Below are positions 32,601 to 39,515 of a DNA stretch of 48,901 bases, in pieces (position 1 is the first letter of the stretch; every line of letters starts with the position of its first letter). The position numbers and the translations under genes were made by a program. Source of the stretch: a virus. A model generated the notes under the pieces. That model worked only from the letters and a program-made list of their open reading frames with translations. It did not search any database and was not told where the DNA came from. The stretch lies in the IMG/VR virus record IMGVR_UViG_3300040801_000836, positions 1-48,901 of that record; one strand, 5' to 3'.

Positions 32601-32836
32601 TGAGGGTGTATCCGGCTGAAGGGTTACTTTCCGATGCCATATACGGCACATATAAGTTCCTCAAAGATTGGACAACAGGCGAAGATCTATCTATTGAGGA
32701 TTGGTCTAAACTGTTCCAATCGATAATGATGTTCACGGGGCATGGAGTACCGACAACTAGAATTACCCGCGTAGGTGAGAACCTTGCTGAAGGTAACGTA
32801 ACAGGAGCGCTCTTGCAACAACGAGTTGAAGAGTAA
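26663..32836 (+). CDS. Giant virion protein (2057 aa) with an HExxH zincin motif, Gly-rich and C-terminal hydrophobic segments
   Basis: Single open frame in the track. PLHELVHAATCMRIY (HExxH), a GxxxG-rich segment GMGAVAGGLAGGLTGAPG, and acidic IEEPPE repeats. It holds four in-frame palindrome copies. The stop abuts palindrome 32835..32849. Confidence 0.8.
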   Translation: MAKVTQEEYDRSLAESQQLVADIENMQANKPWQAGIVDDDTEYPLSQANEPPKDNLRKSLLAPLTPIEGGATNKLVKTPQAQSLRKDAPPFFDEEGLSPFSTTEQQEQAPATTRPDFTPRYEGPPIDPRTNRPFGDVPEEEIQKEMLEALSAKLSVGNFDMDDKWARVLAKSVPEIAQHYPNILEVMNVHYQYIKEAMEAHRLMYEITGPDDEEGIKRAVEARDKSMQTRQQLPLEYPMNGIVHETLRAMAETGASFVDIAKDAGPGAAVVVGMGAVAGGLAGGLTGAPGQGALWGAKTAMKFGVPIKMFESMQRQGTGEFLLDMMAPIEEGQEPIPYAIARPIAEKYAVPYAILETTGKIAEVIAGFGFTATISKRVVALAAEGGTEWGQTLIQQIGLWAAQKEFARVKNSPFDVKVEDILDYHEAKLAARLAILGTGGISIATSPITIPFATKRMLTEYNRRKTFNEIRRDLKRLEDYNKKILDDNKDKPIDDVTDEATNTLVTGEPIDPAEIGDVANEPILAGTDITDDKIDDLVVTDDADLDDALDAIDSGIEDSYDDVTAAFFTGMREHFKDEEHVGMVEGLITARAQAEGMSLSQYMEKRGLTFEKINTDADMVGAYTYFSEEGNTIITAFNNANIVDVISELGHVFRMDLDEKQQAIMDKFVGVDIGSEWDGAANETFSQGWEQYLATGEAPSHELKGLFQKLNSWITKIYKTIRKMDVPNLDIPPEMMEVYDSLLVKKTVADGNATSVNDAKADSKLNKPTIEEPPEDITTTDDIEEPPEIGEDDIIDETPEPPTIDEEDIVETPKEPKKKKIVKRFKINTRGISGFGSTTQSEADYTPTGMRGERDIFDDITGDENSAADVAQWYIDNGDQEQQIIANRIIGLLRDIPFTVVELNTHYDNNVPTDMENALGLYVPDEQTQRAAVFVRGKSWGDRAASNETPLHELVHAATCMRIYEARDLIAQGVDNTLTRNYIALETFRDQLSALVKSQYQAGAQTGNHTISMDMPISGFKKDTELIAYGMTSRSFQEWLATVNMRMIDAHGMSKPVRAITKFVRVIRALLGIPASEETALIRVMQFGEIFMRTQKEHTAKQKAASTASGIKKTDQVEWEGEATNTLVEAEKAEKARKEPTADALVERIKKEREARERAMAAYDAAIASKIKAGTTAKVAARIQQKAMVRAMKALFDAGDLHGYRVARDHFKAILARERAKAAAVAKHKALRKSIMTKLEKGMPSKIHGKLYVKISPEMSKLFRDVLKVLHPLKTNKQIRELYDIRMGGQFDAYAMAKTDADYIINTFLDGAVSRNASGVRILENLNEALALLLSGESQLSPMMKKKAEIDRMRPEIINSINGGNVVDSPLTDTKLLHEQRKKQKTRREYWATWTVGHKNVFGLTGLIKLATSYTPGSQSALSKMCNFFEAKQRKMTRIREEQAKIMEMYIRSFGLDNKKTKYALFKKWAEDTKPVHRIAGVDMGKAQVRQIWMYMQDPTLTNRLVMQFMDPKDRAKVKKDLTDEEIDEIEAAALENYDNIVNQVNEILTDEDKAFAQLLMGYFNSDEQYEYVNRVHKIVAGLELGRIEGYVPIRAENYLNITEQLDRGHEASQFKHDDYIRKTPQSAKSIRERAKNADRFQMRFDGDITLFNSYTEEMAHYVNFAEQAQLVKIAIEDKDIRRAIEVEYGRDVYNSIVSAVEDVLADGIHNQKQYPLMDKFRATFVRSTIGMATSVFLKQHISIVQYAQHMPVLDFTKGMAVFWKNPIDNFSEMMDTDFIKNRKNSMDRDMKQTATSAEYKRWRLNPTLSNLITLNVTLGDSSAIIQGAWVYKEYLKTQTNPATGKKYTNKEALAEAFNKSNATQQSGDMQELSWTQRGGSAMQLMTMYSTGPIQALRQEIEAVRDYAAGNISKAQLLKTLAIYHVIVPSMFAMVSGLMTGREEDDWLKAQLLAAALGPFSAIYGVGEVISNVTSGLLGMRVYPAEGLLSDAIYGTYKFLKDWTTGEDLSIEDWSKLFQSIMMFTGHGVPTTRITRVGENLAEGNVTGALLQQRVEE
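26875..26890. repeat. Palindrome copy, 2-nt spacer (AA), intragenic
   Basis: Read as TNKLV in the giant ORF. Confidence 0.95.
28162..28177. repeat. Palindrome copy, 2-nt spacer (AC), intragenic
   Basis: Read as EATNTLV in the giant ORF. Confidence 0.95.
30031..30046. repeat. Palindrome copy, 2-nt spacer (AC), intragenic
   Basis: Read as EATNTLV in the giant ORF. Same 21-nt context as the copy at 28162. Confidence 0.95.
31165..31180. repeat. Palindrome copy, 2-nt spacer (AG), intragenic and followed by ATG
   Basis: AACTAACAGGTTAGTT-ATG, read as TNRLVM in the giant ORF. Confidence 0.95.
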
Positions 32837-32849
32837 CTAACAGTTAGTT
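32835..32849. repeat. Palindrome copy, 1-nt spacer, intergenic
   Basis: The giant ORF's TAA stop overlaps the left arm. SD AGGAG follows. Confidence 0.95.
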
Positions 32850-32865
32850 ATAGGAGAATACAAAC

Positions 32866-33981
32866 ATGACAGTTTCAGCACAGTCACCTGTTGTTACTAG
32901 GGTGTACACTGGTCCCGGCGACTACGATTTTGACTTCTTAGTTTATGATGTAGCGAACTTGGAGATGACAATCGTAGATACGTCTGGTGTTCCTCAAACA
33001 TTAACCGTAGCTAACTACTCAGCAGTTACCTTGTCTCCGAATCCCGGTGGCACCGTTACGATTACCGATGCTCTTGGTGTGTTGCCTTTAGGTACTCTGT
33101 ACATTCGTCGCACACTGGCGTACCAGCAGACTATCGATTGGATCAATAACGAAGCGTTCAACATGGAGTTGCTTGAACGTTCGCAAGATCAGATGGTTAT
33201 GATGCTACAGCAGATTGACAGTATTGTAAAGGATGCTATGCTGCTGAGTACGTGGCGGGGTACTTGGGTTACACCTGTAACCTACAACGCCAAGGATCTT
33301 GTTGTTGCACCTAATGGTAACTGGTACGCCTGCTTAGAGACACACACTTCGGATGACTTCACTGCTGACTTAGCGGCGGGTTATTGGGTACTGGCTCTTG
33401 ATCTTGCAGCGGTAACTGCACTGAGGGACGAGTGCCTTGGCTACGCAGAAGACACAGCAGCCGACCTTGTACTGACAAATGCTGATGTGGTACTTACCCA
33501 CGCAGACGTTGTTCTCACTAATGCAGATGTGGTACTTACCCACGCTGATGTTGTCCAGACTGGTCTTGACCGCGCTGCTACTGCCGCTGATTTGGTGCTG
33601 ACTAATGAAGATGTCGTTACAACTCAAGGGCTTGTTGATTCGATTGACACACCAACTATTCTCCGTAAGGATGCAGACACAGGTGCCGCAATACTTCCAC
33701 CGGGAACAACAGCACAACGTCCTTCTGTACCATCTGAAGGTATGCTCAGGTACAACACAGATCTGAAATCTTTTGAGGGTTACGCCGATGGGGTGTGGGG
33801 TACTGTTGGTGGTGGTGCTTCCGGTGCAGTCCAGAACCCTGTATTCTACGAGAACGACACTAACGTAACTGGCGACTACACCATTACTACTGGCAAGAAC
33901 GCTGTGAGTGCAGGACCGATTGAGATAGACGATGACGTAACCGTGACTGTTCCTGATGGCTCAGTCTGGACAGTGGTGTAA
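32866..33981 (+). CDS. Tail fibre protein (371 aa)
   Basis: Heptad ADVVLT(N/H) repeats. C-terminal LPPGTTAQRPSVPSEGMLRYNTDLKSFEGY is a segment widespread in phage fibres (from memory). Confidence 0.75.
   Translation: MTVSAQSPVVTRVYTGPGDYDFDFLVYDVANLEMTIVDTSGVPQTLTVANYSAVTLSPNPGGTVTITDALGVLPLGTLYIRRTLAYQQTIDWINNEAFNMELLERSQDQMVMMLQQIDSIVKDAMLLSTWRGTWVTPVTYNAKDLVVAPNGNWYACLETHTSDDFTADLAAGYWVLALDLAAVTALRDECLGYAEDTAADLVLTNADVVLTHADVVLTNADVVLTHADVVQTGLDRAATAADLVLTNEDVVTTQGLVDSIDTPTILRKDADTGAAILPPGTTAQRPSVPSEGMLRYNTDLKSFEGYADGVWGTVGGGASGAVQNPVFYENDTNVTGDYTITTGKNAVSAGPIEIDDDVTVTVPDGSVWTVV
33478..33561 (+). repeat. 4 x 21-nt tandem coding repeat (NADVVLT/HADVVLT), i.e. 2 x 42 nt
   Basis: Units at 33478..33498, 33499..33519, 33520..33540 and 33541..33561, read directly. 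Confidence 0.85.
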
Positions 33982-33994
33982 CTAACAGTTAGTT
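33980..33994. repeat. Palindrome copy, 1-nt spacer, intergenic
   Basis: TAACTAACAGTTAGTTAAGGAG. Confidence 0.95.
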
Positions 33995-34005
33995 AAGGAG
34001 ATAAT

Positions 34006-34725
34006 ATGAGTGTAACAATAGACGGTTTACTTGGTATATCCAAGGTAGCCGAAGAAGCAGATGTTGTACATGAGGGAGACTTCGGGGTAGGAGGTATATG
34101 CACAGCCAATGTAATCGACTTCAACACCTACCCTGATTCAATAGGAGTTAAAGGGCACTTACCTTACGTGGTGTCGGAGAATGGCTCAACTAATGGTCCA
34201 CCGAACGGAGGGGTATTCTTTTTCGTACAACATTTCTTTTATATCAATGGTAACTGCGTACAGATAGCATGGCCTTATTACAGCAACCAAAGCATGTGGA
34301 TCAGAAAGCGCTTTAATGAGGTGTGGACACCATGGGTCCAGCAGTATGATCAGCAGAACATACTCGGCACAGTCAGTCAGTCCGGTGGTGTACCCACAGG
34401 AGCAATCATTGAGCGGGGTGAGAATGGTAACGGGGAGTATATCAAGTTCGCAGATGGTACGATGATCTGCAAGAACGTACTATCGTACACGGCGGCCCTT
34501 GTCGCACTCGGATCTTTATATGCTAATACGGGACTTGAGCTTTGGACATTCCCGGCTGAGTTTGCTGAAAGGCCAGTTGTTACCGCCTCCGATACTGGCT
34601 CGGTGAATGTCTGGTTTCATTGTTCGGCGGCGACTGCTGATGCGGATTTGAGGGTATTCAGTTATACGGCTTCAATAACTGGTACAAGATACATTGATAT
34701 TTTGGCAGTAGGGAGGTGGTTCTAA
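34006..34725 (+). CDS. Receptor-binding/tail fibre paralogue 1 (239 aa)
   Basis: Shares ILGTVSQSGGVPTGAIIERGENGNGEYIKFADGTM and a C-terminal AVGRWF with the next two genes. Confidence 0.75.
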   Translation: MSVTIDGLLGISKVAEEADVVHEGDFGVGGICTANVIDFNTYPDSIGVKGHLPYVVSENGSTNGPPNGGVFFFVQHFFYINGNCVQIAWPYYSNQSMWIRKRFNEVWTPWVQQYDQQNILGTVSQSGGVPTGAIIERGENGNGEYIKFADGTMICKNVLSYTAALVALGSLYANTGLELWTFPAEFAERPVVTASDTGSVNVWFHCSAATADADLRVFSYTASITGTRYIDILAVGRWF

Positions 34726-35522
34726 TGAGTATGAACTTTAAGGCTGATCCCGGTGGTACATCGGGAATCATCCAGATTAACGGAGTGGATAAACTAAGCG
34801 TTAACGCCGACGGCTCAATCGTAGCACTCGATCCTGTTGTCTCCGGAGACACTACAGAGGGTCGCTTACTTCAGGTTGGTGACTTCGGGATTGGGACAAC
34901 CGCTTGTCCTACTATTGACGATGCAAACGATGCGGTACTATCTGGTGTGTACGCTGGTCCCGGTGGTACAGGGGTTAACTTCCCCGGCTCTACTAAGTAC
35001 GGTGTGTTGTTCGTAGGAACGAGAACAGGCACTATCATCATGCAGGTTGCAGTGTACAGTACGCAGATGTACAAGCGACGTTCTACCGACGGTGGGGTTA
35101 CGTGGGATGATTGGACTTTGATGTATGATCAGAAGACTATACTTGGCGCAGTCTCTCAATCTGCTGGTGTACCAACAGGAGCAATCATCGAGAGTGGTAG
35201 TAACTCGGCTGGTAGTTACACTAAGTTTGCGGATGGAACTCTATTATGCTCAGGGGTACAGTCTGGAACATCAGGGTCGTTTGCTGACATTTATTTGACC
35301 CTCCCAATCACTGCCACTGAGTACACCCACCTTACTTGTATCGAGAACGGATCTGGCGTAGGTAACAGTGGAGAGAGTGGTCAATACTTCTCTATACGTT
35401 CTACCCGCCAAATACCCTTCTCTGGGAATACAGCAATCATAAACTTGCAGGACGGTTATAAGACTAGGTTAGTATCTACAGCTTACAACCTTTCATTCTT
35501 TGCAATAGGGAGGTGGTTCTAA
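34725..35522 (+). CDS. Receptor-binding/tail fibre paralogue 2 (265 aa)
   Basis: TAATG overlap with SD GGGAGG. ILGAVSQSAGVPTGAIIESGSNSAGSYTKFADGTL and ...AIGRWF. Confidence 0.75.
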   Translation: MSMNFKADPGGTSGIIQINGVDKLSVNADGSIVALDPVVSGDTTEGRLLQVGDFGIGTTACPTIDDANDAVLSGVYAGPGGTGVNFPGSTKYGVLFVGTRTGTIIMQVAVYSTQMYKRRSTDGGVTWDDWTLMYDQKTILGAVSQSAGVPTGAIIESGSNSAGSYTKFADGTLLCSGVQSGTSGSFADIYLTLPITATEYTHLTCIENGSGVGNSGESGQYFSIRSTRQIPFSGNTAIINLQDGYKTRLVSTAYNLSFFAIGRWF

Positions 35523-36349
35523 TGAGCATCATTAAAGCAGGAAAGGTTCAAGCAGGTATCTCTTTGACTCCTGCTAATAACTTCATACTGGATGCCAGTG
35601 CGGATGATGGTACGGTAATCCTGAAGAGGGCGGATGGTACTGAGGTACTTAGTGTTGATGCAAGTGGTAATCTAATAGGGAAGGGTGTGAACCCTGTTGA
35701 TCAGACATCTAATAGACTATTGGAGTTTGGTGACTTTGGAGTGGGTTATGGTATCCCGAAATCTGGTGTAAGTTTAGATACGTTAACGATACCGGGAGTA
35801 TACACAATAGATGCAACTTGTACTAATAGACCTCCAGAAGCGCATTCTGAAGTGACGCTTCCTTTGTATGTCCATTCGAATAATGATCGTGTTATACAGA
35901 TGGCCTACCAAGGTCATAGTGAGATAGTCTCGTGGATTCGTATATACAATACAGTAAATTGGGGGAGTTGGCGTAGGGTTTTCAATCAAGGTTCTATACT
36001 CGGCGCAGTCAGTCAATCAGAAGGAGTTCCTACGGGTGCAATCATTGAGGCTGGTAGTAATGAGAAGGGGGAGTATACGAAGTTTGCTGATGGTACTTTG
36101 GTTATGATTAGTCCAACTACAGTCATCGACCTTACCGACACAAGTGTTAAGGCAGTCCCCCTTTATCCGGCCACTTTCGTCGGGACCAGACCAGCAACAT
36201 CGGTATCTTCTGGGACTTATGATGGTAAGATAAACCAATTAGCTAATGTCGGTGTTGGGAGTGGGTCCGGTGGATGGACATACCACGTCGCTGTAGCTGG
36301 GCTGGGCGAAACATCTGTAAGGTTTTTAGCAATAGGAAGGTGGTTCTAA
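35522..36349 (+). CDS. Receptor-binding/tail fibre paralogue 3 (275 aa)
   Basis: TAATG overlap with SD GGGAGG. ILGAVSQSEGVPTGAIIEAGSNEKGEYTKFADGTL and ...AIGRWF. Confidence 0.75.
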   Translation: MSIIKAGKVQAGISLTPANNFILDASADDGTVILKRADGTEVLSVDASGNLIGKGVNPVDQTSNRLLEFGDFGVGYGIPKSGVSLDTLTIPGVYTIDATCTNRPPEAHSEVTLPLYVHSNNDRVIQMAYQGHSEIVSWIRIYNTVNWGSWRRVFNQGSILGAVSQSEGVPTGAIIEAGSNEKGEYTKFADGTLVMISPTTVIDLTDTSVKAVPLYPATFVGTRPATSVSSGTYDGKINQLANVGVGSGSGGWTYHVAVAGLGETSVRFLAIGRWF

Positions 36350-36362
36350 CTAACAGTTAGTT
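36348..36362. repeat. Palindrome copy, 1-nt spacer, intergenic
   Basis: The stop of paralogue 3 overlaps the left arm. Confidence 0.95.
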
Positions 36363-36388
36363 AACAATAAACAACAAGGAGAAACAAA

Positions 36389-36697
36389 ATGATTACGATT
36401 AATTTTTCACCAGTAAGATCAGATGCCCCTGAATTAGTTGTAGAGTGGAATGATCCTATCCTAACAGTTAACGACACCCCGTTTGATATGTCGTTGCTTG
36501 AAGATGGGGACACCGCAGAGCATGAAGTTCTGAAGCAAGCCTCAAGAACAGGGGATGACTACACGGTTACAGTGTCACTGCCGCATGGCCCAAACGCCCC
36601 TGAAGAGACACGCTTCCCTGCGCCCATACTCGTAACGTCTAATGGTGTGGTGCCTGTTCCAGTGTACAACAGCCCCGAGCCAACAGAAGAAATCTAA
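36389..36697 (+). CDS. Hypothetical protein (102 aa)
   Basis: Track ORF with SD AAGGAG. Confidence 0.7.
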   Translation: MITINFSPVRSDAPELVVEWNDPILTVNDTPFDMSLLEDGDTAEHEVLKQASRTGDDYTVTVSLPHGPNAPEETRFPAPILVTSNGVVPVPVYNSPEPTEEI

Positions 36698-36723
36698 TAA
36701 CTACATAGCAAGGAGACACGCAG

Positions 36724-36975
36724 ATGAGCTGGATCAATGAGGCTAAGTTAGAGCGCAAGGCAGAAAGAGAAGCAAGGCTGGCAGAGCAGGCCGCTAAGCA
36801 GGAACGAAGGGCCGCTATTGAAGCCGCACAAGAGGCGGAAGGGCTTAAAGAACAAACTATTGAGCAGGCCACCACATACATAACCAATCAGATAGCTGGT
36901 GCTAATGATCTGGAACAACTGAAGACGCGGGTAACGCGGGTACTGACTAAGATGGTCCCGTACATTTTACAGTAA
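36724..36975 (+). CDS. Small coiled-coil protein (83 aa)
   Basis: Track ORF with SD AAGGAG and a charged helical sequence. Confidence 0.65.
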   Translation: MSWINEAKLERKAEREARLAEQAAKQERRAAIEAAQEAEGLKEQTIEQATTYITNQIAGANDLEQLKTRVTRVLTKMVPYILQ

Positions 36976-36988
36976 CTAACAGTTAGTT
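36974..36988. repeat. Palindrome copy, 1-nt spacer, intergenic
   Basis: TAACTAACAGTTAGTTAAAGGA. Confidence 0.95.
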
Positions 36989-36999
36989 AAAGGAACGTA

Positions 37000-37506
37000 A
37001 TGGTCGAAGAACGCGAGAAGAACTACGAAGAACAACACTTCTGCAATGTCAACGAGGATGGCATATGTGGTATGCACAAGGTTGAAGTTGAGCGACGTAA
37101 CACAGACCGTAACAGACTCGAAGATACAAGGAAAGATTTTAAAGACTTCAAGAGGTTGGTGTTAGGACACATATCTGATCTGTGTACTTTCAAAAACCGT
37201 ATGCTTGGACTCGGTATACTAGGGACGCTTGTTGTATTAGGTAACTACGGATGGACAACAATGATTAGAACTGAACTTCATGCAGAAATAGAGAAGGCTT
37301 CGGCTAGAATTGAAGACCATAAAGCTTCTACTGAAGTTAAGTTCGCTGCTGTTCTATTACAGGTAAGCAACAACCGTACTGATATGGCTGTGATAGCTTC
37401 TCAGTTAACAACAACTAATGAGAGATTGAGGGAGGTTATTCTACTCATTGAGAAAGACAGGAGAGAGGCACAGCAGGACAGAGCAGATAGGAACAGTAAC
37501 AAATGA
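37000..37506 (+). CDS. Single-pass membrane coiled-coil protein, lysis-cassette candidate (holin or i-spanin-like, 168 aa)
   Basis: TM helix MLGLGILGTLVVLGNYGW. ATGA overlap with the endolysin gene. Confidence 0.5.
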   Translation: MVEEREKNYEEQHFCNVNEDGICGMHKVEVERRNTDRNRLEDTRKDFKDFKRLVLGHISDLCTFKNRMLGLGILGTLVVLGNYGWTTMIRTELHAEIEKASARIEDHKASTEVKFAAVLLQVSNNRTDMAVIASQLTTTNERLREVILLIEKDRREAQQDRADRNSNK

Positions 37507-37862
37507 TAATACGGATTAGTGAATTTTTCTACCGACATGAAGTGGCTTGTAAATGTGGATGCGGTGCTGACTCGATGGATGTTGAAACCTTGCAATTGGC
37601 TGACGAGGTTCGAAGATTCAATAATAGCCCGATCACTCCAACTTCCGGACACAGATGCCTTAACCACAACCGAGCAATCGGAAGTGAAGACACCAGCCAA
37701 CACGTCAAAGCAAGGGCGTTGGATTTGCCTGTCGCAGATCCGAGGGCAGTGTACCAATATCTATGTTGGAAGTATACCGAAAGGTATGGATTTGGTCTGT
37801 ATGAATCCTTCGTGCATGTGGACTCAAGGTCTGGTCCGCCTGCGAGATGGATAACTATATAA
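37503..37862 (+). CDS. Endolysin, peptidase M15A family (zinc D-Ala-D-Ala carboxypeptidase-like, 119 aa)
   Basis: SGHRCLNHNRAIGSEDTSQHVKARALDL and FVHVDSR match the H/D/H zinc-site pattern of M15A. Confidence 0.85.
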   Translation: MIIRISEFFYRHEVACKCGCGADSMDVETLQLADEVRRFNNSPITPTSGHRCLNHNRAIGSEDTSQHVKARALDLPVADPRAVYQYLCWKYTERYGFGLYESFVHVDSRSGPPARWITI

Positions 37863-37870
37863 CTTCAACA

Positions 37871-37910
37871 ATGGCGCACTAACTAACTGTTAGTTGCGCC
37901 ATTCTTTTTA
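37871..37910. terminator. Bidirectional terminator built around a palindrome copy
   Basis: ATGGCGC-(act)-AACTAAC-T-GTTAGTT-GCGCCAT is followed by TCTTTTTA. It lies between convergent genes (endolysin stop at 37862, minus-strand gene stop at 37908). Confidence 0.6.
37881..37895. repeat. Palindrome copy, 1-nt spacer, core of the bidirectional terminator
   Basis: Flanked by the ATGGCGC / GCGCCAT arms. Confidence 0.95.
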
Positions 37911-38096
37911 CTTGAAGAGTGCGTACATGATCCAAGCTATGCAGCTTATACCAAGTGCAGGGATAAGAGCGAACACAGTCTGTAGTCCATCTCCATAGCT
38001 GCCAGTTGGTTTCTCAATAGTCAATGCCACTGCCAAGGATACAACAGTGATGGCTAAAGGTATCATCCACCCGTACACAGTTAAGTTGAATGTCAT
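37908..38096 (-). CDS. Two-TM small membrane protein (62 aa)
   Basis: Track ORF with two hydrophobic helices. Last gene of the leftward block. Confidence 0.65.
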   Translation of the reverse strand: MTFNLTVYGWMIPLAITVVSLAVALTIEKPTGSYGDGLQTVFALIPALGISCIAWIMYALFK

Positions 38097-38104
38097 ACTC
38101 CCTC

Positions 38105-38431
38105 CTAATCAGGCAGTTCACACCTGTTAACAAAATCCTCAAGCGCATACAGACACCTGCTTATCTCATCTATAGATCTGTTGATGTGTGCGAAGTATGA
38201 AGGGTACTCAGAGTAATCCCGCATTGGTACACTTTGCTCAGCCACTTCTTCAGGCTCACATACGGAAGCGAATCTACCTAGCACAGTAGCGGTTATCTTA
38301 TGCAACTCTGCTACCCTATCATCCAGCCGCACCAAGGTATTAGATCCTATGGTCTGTGGTACGGCTGACGCTCCTTCCGCTTTGGTACATTTCACATTCT
38401 CACCTACACTCATAATCCCTCTGTTGCTCAT
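38105..38431 (-). CDS. Hypothetical protein (108 aa)
   Basis: Track ORF with SD AAGGAG upstream. Confidence 0.65.
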   Translation of the reverse strand: MSNRGIMSVGENVKCTKAEGASAVPQTIGSNTLVRLDDRVAELHKITATVLGRFASVCEPEEVAEQSVPMRDYSEYPSYFAHINRSIDEISRCLYALEDFVNRCELPD

Positions 38432-38447
38432 GTTACTGTCTCCTTAT

Positions 38448-38675
38448 TTATTCTTGAACAATAACTCTTCCCATTTCAATCTTGCTCCACTTCCTGAGAA
38501 AAGTCCCTCTTAATTTATTTGCAAATCTTATCTTGCCATATACTAAGCGGCAAGCGTTTTCAGACCTACCAAGCATGTGTGCGCAGTACGTCCAGTTCCT
38601 ACCTTCCTCGATCATCTCAACTAAGTTAAGACAATCTTCAGGCAGCCATCTTCTCCCTTGGTTCTCTAATAGCAT
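38448..38675 (-). CDS. Myb/SANT-like DNA-binding protein (75 aa)
   Basis: RRWLPEDCLNLVEMIEEGRNWTYCAHMLGRSENACRLVY fits the W-x-E-D...G-x-W...GRS pattern. SD AAGGAGG. Confidence 0.6.
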   Translation of the reverse strand: MLLENQGRRWLPEDCLNLVEMIEEGRNWTYCAHMLGRSENACRLVYGKIRFANKLRGTFLRKWSKIEMGRVIVQE

Positions 38676-38687
38676 CCTGCCCTCCTT

Positions 38688-38702
38688 AACTAACGGTTAG
38701 TT
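38688..38702. repeat. Palindrome copy, 1-nt spacer (G), intergenic
   Basis: TAACTAACGGTTAGTTA, adjacent to SD AAGGAGG on the minus strand. Confidence 0.95.
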
Positions 38703-38777
38703 AGCGTAAGTAGTTGATATCATTAGACATTTCTGATATCTATCAAAACGGTAGCTCTCAACAAAAGTTAGTGTGGC

Positions 38778-39134
38778 CTATGCAATCGTACTCGGAGCTT
38801 CTAACTCTTCCTCTGAGCTATCATCCTCGTTGATATCAGCGCCCCATTCCTCATATTCAAGGCACTGTTCCTGTGTGATTCCCTTGCTGTAGGGGCGCAC
38901 ACCCCACAAGGGGCAATCAAAGATTTGACAATAGCGGGTCCGGTTGACATAGTTCTCCCGGCCATTGCAGTCGTAGCACTTAGCGTTTACGCAGATACGA
39001 AGGGAAGTTGGGTGTTCGGCAACCTTCTCCATAGGTGTCTTGTTCGGAGCTAGTCCCTGCGAAATTCGTAGCTCTCGTTGCTCAGCGGCGGCGGCTCTTG
39101 CTTTGGTCAAATGATCTTCCATAGTATTCTCCAT
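38778..39134 (-). CDS. Cys-rich zinc-binding protein (118 aa)
   Basis: CVNAKCYDCNGRENYVNRTRYCQIFDCPLW. Confidence 0.65.
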   Translation of the reverse strand: MENTMEDHLTKARAAAAEQRELRISQGLAPNKTPMEKVAEHPTSLRICVNAKCYDCNGRENYVNRTRYCQIFDCPLWGVRPYSKGITQEQCLEYEEWGADINEDDSSEEELEAPSTIA

Positions 39135-39162
39135 TTGTCTAATGATTTCAACTACTTAGCTT

Positions 39163-39178
39163 AACTAACATGTTAGTT
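39163..39178. repeat. Palindrome copy, 2-nt spacer (AT), intergenic
   Basis: Overlaps the stop of 39177..39515. Confidence 0.95.
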
Positions 39179-39515
39179 ACTTCTTCCATAACTGATCTTC
39201 GAATGACGTTGGCCCTTTGATTGAATGTATACTCTTTCGCCCCGGTTCATCATCTTTGACTTTCGGCGGCGGCTTAGTCTTCCCTTCATTTTTATCTTTG
39301 TAGTATTTCTTTTTTCGTATAGCCCGCACTGTCTCTGAAGTTATCGGCGGCAACAACCCTTTCCGCACTGCACTGTGTCTGAGCGAAGAACAGTTCTTGT
39401 TACAGTAATGTGGCCTTCTTGCATCGTCGTGAGTCTCGATTACATTCAGCCCGAACTTCCCACAGTAGCAGCAGTTGTCCCACCTGTTATATGGGTATAT
39501 CTTTTTACGTCCCAT
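39177..39515 (-). CDS. Zinc-ribbon protein, basic C-terminus (112 aa)
   Basis: CCYCGKFG...HYCNKNC. The stop overlaps palindrome 39163..39178. Confidence 0.65.
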   Translation of the reverse strand: MGRKKIYPYNRWDNCCYCGKFGLNVIETHDDARRPHYCNKNCSSLRHSAVRKGLLPPITSETVRAIRKKKYYKDKNEGKTKPPPKVKDDEPGRKSIHSIKGPTSFEDQLWKK

